Source: a virus
Lineage: Duplodnaviria > Heunggongvirae > Uroviricota > Caudoviricetes
IMG/VR virus record: IMGVR_UViG_2850756110_000008
DNA: 12,650 bases
Strand: one strand, 5' to 3'
The notes beneath the pieces were generated by a model. That model ran no database searches, was not told the DNA's origin, and saw only the letters and a list, made by a program, of their open reading frames with translations. This document shows, piece after piece, positions 8,130 through 12,650 of this stretch (positions are counted from its first letter, which is position 1; every line of letters begins with the position of its first letter). Position numbers and translations under genes: made by a program.

Positions 8130-8148
8130 AACTGGTTATTCTCATTTT

Positions 8149-9276
8149 TTATTTGTGACATTGTGGTTGTTGTGCGACAGACATTGCTATTCGGCCCATA
8201 TCCCAGATAAAACCCGCCAGCTCACGTGCAACAGCAACAATTGTAATATTGACATTCTTTCCTTTGGCCTGAAGTTTTCGATACCTCTTACAGAGCCTGA
8301 GTTGAGCATCCCATGCTCTGTCAATGACGGGGCGGGGTAAATTTTCCTGCCTTTTTTGTATTGCCGGACTGATGCGTGCCGGATGACGGTAACTCCACGC
8401 TGCCTCGACCAATAGCTTTCTGGCATAGCTGTTTCCGGCTTTGGTAATGCTGCCCTGATGTCTGCTTCCACCCGATGAATATTCTGATGGCGTGATACCA
8501 AACCATGACATCAGTTGTCGTGGATGTTCAAAACGGGTCAGATCACCCAGTTCAGAAATTAATCCAACCGCAGTAATAAACTGAATCCCTCGCATGGCTT
8601 GCAGCGCCTCTACTACCGGATACAGCCTCCATTCGGTAACGGCCTCCTTCAGGGCGGATTCCAGCCGTTCACATTGTGCCTGCCGGTCTTCTATTGTACG
8701 ACGGTGTTCGTCAAAAGCTAATTGTCGCCAGGGACTTTCGAATGAGTATTTGCTGAGCCAGCGTCGGTGTGCAGGGCCCCAATCTGCTCGCCCGACATAA
8801 TGGACCCCATGAACCAGAAGAAACGATTTCAGACGTTGCCTTGCATGCCGTAAATCATCGCGGGCAGATGCCCATGCCCGGGCCAAATCCCGGAATGCCT
8901 CATCTTCAATGCCGGGTACGTAGACAGCAGAAAGATCTCCTGCACGCAGTGAACGCACAAGTCTGATGGCATCACGGCGATCGGTTTTAACCCGCTCCCC
9001 CGGTTTTTTCGGGATAAGTGAGGGGGCGCAGACCATGCAGTCAAAACCGGATTTCACCAGCCGACGATAAAGTCCATAACCACAGGGCCCCGCTTCATAA
9101 ACGATACTGACCTGCGATGACTTTGACCTGAGACGTTTACAAAGATTCTGAATATCAGTAGGTGATGTGCCAATTTTACCCATCAGTTCAACAGGTTCTG
9201 AATTGATAGCATAAGCGACAGTAATCGATTCTTTGTGAACATCTAACCCGACGTACAATGTGTTATTGTTGTTCAT
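8149..9276 (-). CDS. IS110-family transposase / DEDD recombinase
   Basis: 375 aa from the ATG at 9276, with GGAGG 7 nt upstream. N-terminal RuvC-like DEDD motifs (YVGLDVHK, IVYEAG, KTDRRDA) and C-terminal Tnp domain with conserved Ser (GITPSEYSSGGS). The ORF track extends the start to 9324, which lacks an RBS. Confidence 0.85.
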   Translation of the reverse strand: MNNNNTLYVGLDVHKESITVAYAINSEPVELMGKIGTSPTDIQNLCKRLRSKSSQVSIVYEAGPCGYGLYRRLVKSGFDCMVCAPSLIPKKPGERVKTDRRDAIRLVRSLRAGDLSAVYVPGIEDEAFRDLARAWASARDDLRHARQRLKSFLLVHGVHYVGRADWGPAHRRWLSKYSFESPWRQLAFDEHRRTIEDRQAQCERLESALKEAVTEWRLYPVVEALQAMRGIQFITAVGLISELGDLTRFEHPRQLMSWFGITPSEYSSGGSRHQGSITKAGNSYARKLLVEAAWSYRHPARISPAIQKRQENLPRPVIDRAWDAQLRLCKRYRKLQAKGKNVNITIVAVARELAGFIWDMGRIAMSVAQQPQCHK

Positions 9277-9426
9277 GCTGGCCTCCGTGGTGGAAATACC
9301 GGGGGGTAGCAACAGCTCACCCATGCGGCTCTGACAACGATGTTAACCCGCGTTAAATATCCCACGTTGGCCAGCATCTGTCTCACGGAAAGTCATACTG
9401 CCTTACTTTCCAATGGGCACTCATGT

Positions 9427-9882
9427 TTATACGCTGACCTTACAATCAATCACCGCTTTTAAATTTTCAGCATTGCTTCCCTGACGCTTCCACGCGCTGT
9501 AAATATCTTTATCCCACGCTTTACCAGCTTTTGTTTGATAGCCTGCTTCATTGATCCGTTCAGCTATCACACGCCCATTATCAAATCCCTGTTGGATGGT
9601 ATCGGCAATGATCTTTATAACTGCCGTTTCGTTATATGGCTTTGGTGGGATGTTCGGCTTTCCGGCAATAAGCGACGCAGCGGCTTTTTCCATGCGCTCC
9701 ACCAGCCCAAGCATTCGTGAATCAATAGACTTTTCCGGCTGTCCCAGCTTCATGCGAATCGCATCAACAAGCCAGGAGGTTTTATCCCCTCCAGAAGCGA
9801 GAACAGACCGATTAAACTCATCCTGCAATTCAGATGGGATGCGGAACGCGATCAGATTAGATTTGCTCATTGCAAAGACCAT
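9427..9882 (-). CDS. Hypothetical protein, possibly ribbon-helix-helix (Arc-like) DNA-binding at the N-terminus
   Basis: 151-aa protein-like ORF divergent from the PerC-like gene. N-terminus NLIAFRIPSELQDEFNRSVLASGGDKTSWLVDAIRMKL resembles RHH folds. A palindromic operator-like site lies 20-50 bp upstream. Stop is 30 bp from the IS110 end, so the C-terminus may be altered. Confidence 0.5.
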   Translation of the reverse strand: MVFAMSKSNLIAFRIPSELQDEFNRSVLASGGDKTSWLVDAIRMKLGQPEKSIDSRMLGLVERMEKAAASLIAGKPNIPPKPYNETAVIKIIADTIQQGFDNGRVIAERINEAGYQTKAGKAWDKDIYSAWKRQGSNAENLKAVIDCKVSV

Positions 9883-9899
9883 ATCAGTGAGTAATATCC

Positions 9900-9931
9900 A
9901 TACAGTATACCACTGTATAACACTGTTATAC
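9900..9931. promoter_or_regulatory. Overlapping palindromic operator-like sites upstream of the 151-aa gene
   Basis: ATACAGT-N5-ACTGTAT (9900-9918) and a perfect 17-bp palindrome GTATAACA-C-TGTTATAC (9915-9931). A minus-strand TATACT -10-like hexamer overlaps. Confidence 0.4.
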
Positions 9932-9983
9932 GCTCAAATATCAGCCAGAAAATAACGGACCAATCACAAAGCTATCGCTGTGT

Positions 9984-10104
9984 TGTTGGTTCAGAGCTGG
10001 GCTGTGTTGGTTCAAAATGAGTTGATGTTGGTTCAATATTTTAGAAAAACATAATAAAAACAACGATCTTTACAAATTGAACCAACTGAACCAACTGAAC
10101 CAAC
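9984..10104. repeat. Iteron-like array: six copies of GTTGGTTCA (3 direct at 21-bp spacing, 42-bp AT-rich spacer, 3 inverted in 9-bp tandem)
   Basis: TGTTGGTTCA at 9984-9993, 10005-10014 and 10026-10035. AT-rich 10036-10077. TGAACCAAC at 10078-10086, 10087-10095 and 10096-10104. Confidence 0.7.
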
Positions 10105-10135
10105 ACCTTTTTGCTTATCTATATAATCTGAGAGG
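10096..10135 (+). promoter_or_regulatory. Putative promoter and RBS of the PerC-like gene, overlapped by the inverted repeats
   Basis: Perfect TATAAT at 10122-10127 and GAGAGG at 10130-10135 before the ATG at 10141. The -35 region coincides with the TGAACCAAC repeats. Confidence 0.3.
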
Positions 10136-10140
10136 CAGAA

Positions 10141-10422
10141 ATGATAAGGGACAGGAAAGCTGAAGAGCTGGAGTCAAAAGGGCTATACCGGAGAGCTGCC
10201 GCACGATGGATGGAAGTCATGCTGTTATGCACCGAGGACGATGATCGGGAATGGATAAAGCGCCGCCGTGAAACGTGTCTGGAGAACGTGAAGCGCCCGC
10301 CCGTGAAGGTTGAGGAATTTGGCGACCTGCATAAAGCTGTTACCGAAACGCAACACCGCATGGGGATAGCGCAACCGAACGGTAACGCCTTCCGGTTAAA
10401 TGGCGGCAAGAGGCAAAGGTAG
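10141..10422 (+). CDS. PerC family transcriptional activator-like protein
   Basis: 93 aa with the N-terminal motif RDRKAEELESKGLYRRAAARWMEV characteristic of PerC/Pch proteins as I recall them. Good RBS. Confidence 0.7.
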   Translation: MIRDRKAEELESKGLYRRAAARWMEVMLLCTEDDDREWIKRRRETCLENVKRPPVKVEEFGDLHKAVTETQHRMGIAQPNGNAFRLNGGKRQR

Positions 10423-10718
10423 ACCACCAGAGGGAAATCATCCTCTGGCTGGCGGTTTCTGGTATTTCGGGACAAGTACGCGCGCGCGTAGCACCCAATC
10501 GGTGAGGAAATAGCGGCGACCTGAATGGTCAAAATCACAACGCAGCTATCCCCGTAAGCAGCGCTTAACGGAATAGCAGTAACCTGAATCCAGTGGGGAG
10601 GGGTAGTCAAATCTCTACAGCCCTGACTATCCGGGACTGCCCGCCCCATCGTTTTTTTATACCCGCGAAAAATGAAATTTAATCCGGGCGTGTTTCATCC
10701 TTCCAGAGGGTATGACGT

Positions 10719-10904
10719 ATGACACCACGCGAAATAGCCTTATTGACCATCGCCAAACTTGAGCACGGAGGCCACCAGCTTACACAGGCAGATCAACGGG
10801 AGATAGAACGATCAGTTAATGCCGATATAGCCCGGCGCGACAGGTTCCGCGAAATGATGCGAGCACCTGCCTACCAGTGGAAGAAGCCAGCGCCGCGCAG
10901 GTAG
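10719..10904 (+). CDS. Hypothetical small protein (61 aa)
   Basis: GAGGG 8 nt upstream of ATG; charged helical-looking product; no family recognised. Confidence 0.4.
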   Translation: MTPREIALLTIAKLEHGGHQLTQADQREIERSVNADIARRDRFREMMRAPAYQWKKPAPRR

Positions 10905-11024
10905 ATATGGGATTATTCCACATGTACCTTATGCGTATTAAGCAAATTTCCTTTATTCACCTTTACAGAATTGTGAGTACGTCAGTATCGTTATCCTTCC
11001 GATTCGCATTTATTCAGGATTTGC

Positions 11025-11567
11025 ATGTACCAGCTAAAGATAACCATCCGAGACAGCAAACCACCTATATGGCGGCGTGTGCTGGTTCCAGAGCAAATCC
11101 CCTTTAGTAAACTTCATGCCGTGATCCAGTTAGCTTTTGGCTGGAATGACGAACACCTGTATATGTTCGAGAAAGGGCGTAAAGGTGATCCAGGTAGCGA
11201 GTATCGCGTATGGGGTGAGGATGAAAGCATGGGTAACGCGGCAATCACGCCACTATGGGCGGCGCTCCAGAATGAGGGTGACAAGCTGGTTTACACGTAT
11301 GACTTTGGCGACTGGTGGGATTGCGTCATTGTGCTGGAGAAGCAAACACACGATACGAGTAATCAGCCCATTAGCTGCCTGCGTGGGAAAGGCACCACCC
11401 CGGCGGAAAACTCAGGCGGCTTGCATGGTTACAATGAATTGCTATTACAGGCCAGAGAGTCTGATAATCCTGAGCAGGCCGAGATCCACAATTTCCTGAT
11501 GCTGGATATTGAACGCCGGGTTTACGACCTGAGCCGCATCAACGACAGATTGCAGGCTATTAACTGA
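11025..11567 (+). CDS. Plasmid pRiA4b ORF-3-like family protein
   Basis: N-terminus MYQLKITIRDSKPPIWRRVLVPEQIPFSKLHAVIQLAFGWNDEHLYMF matches the conserved start of PF07929-type proteins as I recall them. Confidence 0.65.
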   Translation: MYQLKITIRDSKPPIWRRVLVPEQIPFSKLHAVIQLAFGWNDEHLYMFEKGRKGDPGSEYRVWGEDESMGNAAITPLWAALQNEGDKLVYTYDFGDWWDCVIVLEKQTHDTSNQPISCLRGKGTTPAENSGGLHGYNELLLQARESDNPEQAEIHNFLMLDIERRVYDLSRINDRLQAIN

Positions 11568-11919
11568 CCCGCATGTATTCACCTGATATTGCGTTGTCAG
11601 CGCCGCCAGTATCGCGCATAACAGCGCACTGACCGGGTAAACCGTAGCGCACGACCGTTGCGTTAGTATCACCGCCGCGCCGTATCTGGCGCGATTCATA
11701 CACTGTCACCCGCTCAAGCAGTCCACCAGCAACCATGCTTTCCAGTGTGCGCCGGGTTGATTCGAGCTGGTGACGCTTATCGAACGACACCATGCCATGA
11801 AGCAGGTAGGCCACACCCGACACATCGAACGGCGGCGCACCAATCTCACCAGTCACCCATTCGAGGTTATCCGGTTCAAAGTAGCTAAGTATCTCTTTTT
11901 TGCGACTGGTCATTCTCAT
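11560..11919 (-). CDS. Hypothetical protein (119 aa), convergent with and overlapping the previous gene by 8 bp
   Basis: Protein-like composition; AGGA 11 nt upstream of ATG at 11919; no family recognised. Confidence 0.45.
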   Translation of the reverse strand: MRMTSRKKEILSYFEPDNLEWVTGEIGAPPFDVSGVAYLLHGMVSFDKRHQLESTRRTLESMVAGGLLERVTVYESRQIRRGGDTNATVVRYGLPGQCAVMRDTGGADNAISGEYMRVS

Positions 11920-12146
11920 GGCTGGCTGATTCCTTATTGTGGGATAGCACTATCATACAATAAGTGGGTTAAAGGGAGAGCGTTACCGCCTGATATGCTG
12001 TATGAATAACAACCAAATTTCAGGGGCGGAAAAAGATATGGGGGTACTTTTGGGGGTATCTATAAAAAATGAACAATAAAAAAGGCAACAAAAACAAAGC
12101 TTATCGCCTATGTGTATTGTTCCTATTATCCATTTAAATCAATAAG

Positions 12147-12650
12147 TTACACATCATTAGTACGTTCCTTATTTCTTGACTGGGACAAATTTGGGACCGA
12201 TGGGTTCAGAATCGAGTCTATTTGCCGTGCGTGTTCGGTAAGGTGATTAGGTGCGAGGTGAGCATATCGACGAACCATTTCGATAGACTCCCAGCCTCCC
12301 ATTTCCTGTAACACTGATAACGGGACTCCGGCTTGAACCAGCCAACTTGCCCAGGTGTGTCTCAAGTCGTGAAATCTGAAATCATCAATACCTGCTCGTC
12401 TCAGCGCCGCTTTCCAGGCTGTGTTTGCGTCATACCGCATCTTCCTGACTGTTGGCGCTTTCGTTCCGTCTGGTTTGGTACAGCTTTCCTTATACACAAA
12501 TACCCAACGGTGATGATTCCCGATTTGTTTTTTCAATACGCGACATGCAGTATCATTCAGCGCAACGCCAATTGCGCGGTTTGATTTACTCTCTTCCGGG
12601 TTTATCCATGCCACCCGGTGAGGTGTACTGGCAATAGCGGACACTACCAT
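12147..12650 (-). CDS. Tyrosine-type phage integrase, C-terminal catalytic domain (5' end beyond window)
   Basis: Conserved HDLRHTWAS (His-x-x-Arg) and catalytic Tyr context EMVRRYAHL. The ORF is open to the window edge. Confidence 0.9.
   Translation of the reverse strand: MVVSAIASTPHRVAWINPEESKSNRAIGVALNDTACRVLKKQIGNHHRWVFVYKESCTKPDGTKAPTVRKMRYDANTAWKAALRRAGIDDFRFHDLRHTWASWLVQAGVPLSVLQEMGGWESIEMVRRYAHLAPNHLTEHARQIDSILNPSVPNLSQSRNKERTNDV

Larger units (their letters stand above)
7887..9396 (-). mobile_element. IS110-family insertion sequence (about 1.5 kb) with long 3' noncoding region
   Basis: Perfect 13-bp inverted repeat ATGACTTTCCGTG (7887-7899) / CACGGAAAGTCAT (9384-9396) brackets the DEDD-type recombinase gene. 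121 bp of 5' and 262 bp of 3' noncoding sequence. Left boundary abuts the IS66 terminus exactly. Confidence 0.7.

Noticed and set aside
5436-9460. Target-site duplication for IS66 using the shared CCGCTTTT at 5436-5443 and 9453-9460
   Set aside because: The second copy is 56 bp away from the reconstructed IS66 flank rather than adjacent to it. Most likely a chance match in T-rich sequence.
9900-9931. Possible LexA/SOS box in the palindromic region
   Set aside because: The dyads are ACAGT-N5-ACTGT and GTATAACA/TGTTATAC, not the E. coli LexA consensus CTGT-N8-ACAG. Treated as an operator for a different protein.
9984-10104. CRISPR array
   Set aside because: The repeat units are only 9-10 bp, occur in both orientations, and have spacers of 11 or 0 bp. 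This does not fit CRISPR repeat-spacer architecture.
10119-10649. 176-aa minus-strand ORF
   Set aside because: It runs antisense to the well-supported PerC-like gene and through the noncoding stretch. Its translation is Cys/Ser-rich and low complexity with no RBS, so it is most likely a spurious open frame.
11445-12009. ORFs 11445..11699 (-) and 11770..12009 (+)
   Set aside because: They are alternative frames overlapping the pRiA4b-like and 119-aa genes, with no independent support.
11920-12146. tRNA gene as integration target next to the integrase
   Set aside because: I could not find a T-loop/acceptor-stem pattern (GGTTCGAATCC-like followed by a CCA-end context) anywhere in the integrase-proximal region or elsewhere in the window.

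Overview
This window reads as a decayed lambdoid prophage in an E. coli/Shigella-type genome, broken up by three insertion sequences. All calls are from reading the sequence and ORF track; no searches were run. Left edge: the right end of IS1 (insB 3' end, terminal repeat at 287-309). From 5445 down to 448 on the minus strand is a tightly coupled nin-to-Q operon: a 5'-truncated phage protein, a PerC-like protein, a Dam-type N6-adenine methyltransferase, a LexA-DNA-binding-domain-only protein, RusA, a KilA-N protein, an apparently frameshifted YdfU/DUF968-like gene and a Q antiterminator. A PR'/qut-like promoter and tR'-like terminator follow Q, and IS1 sits where the lysis and late genes should be. 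An IS66-family element (about 5446-7886) truncates the operon's first gene and has no target duplication. Directly abutting it is an IS110-family element (7887-9396) bounded by a perfect 13-bp inverted repeat, with a 262-bp noncoding tail that is a candidate bridge-RNA locus. The right third holds a divergent gene pair (151-aa DNA-binding-like protein and a second PerC-like regulator) around a cluster of six GTTGGTTCA repeats, a 300-bp structured noncoding stretch, small cargo ORFs including a pRiA4b-ORF3-like protein, and the 3' end of a tyrosine integrase running off the window.
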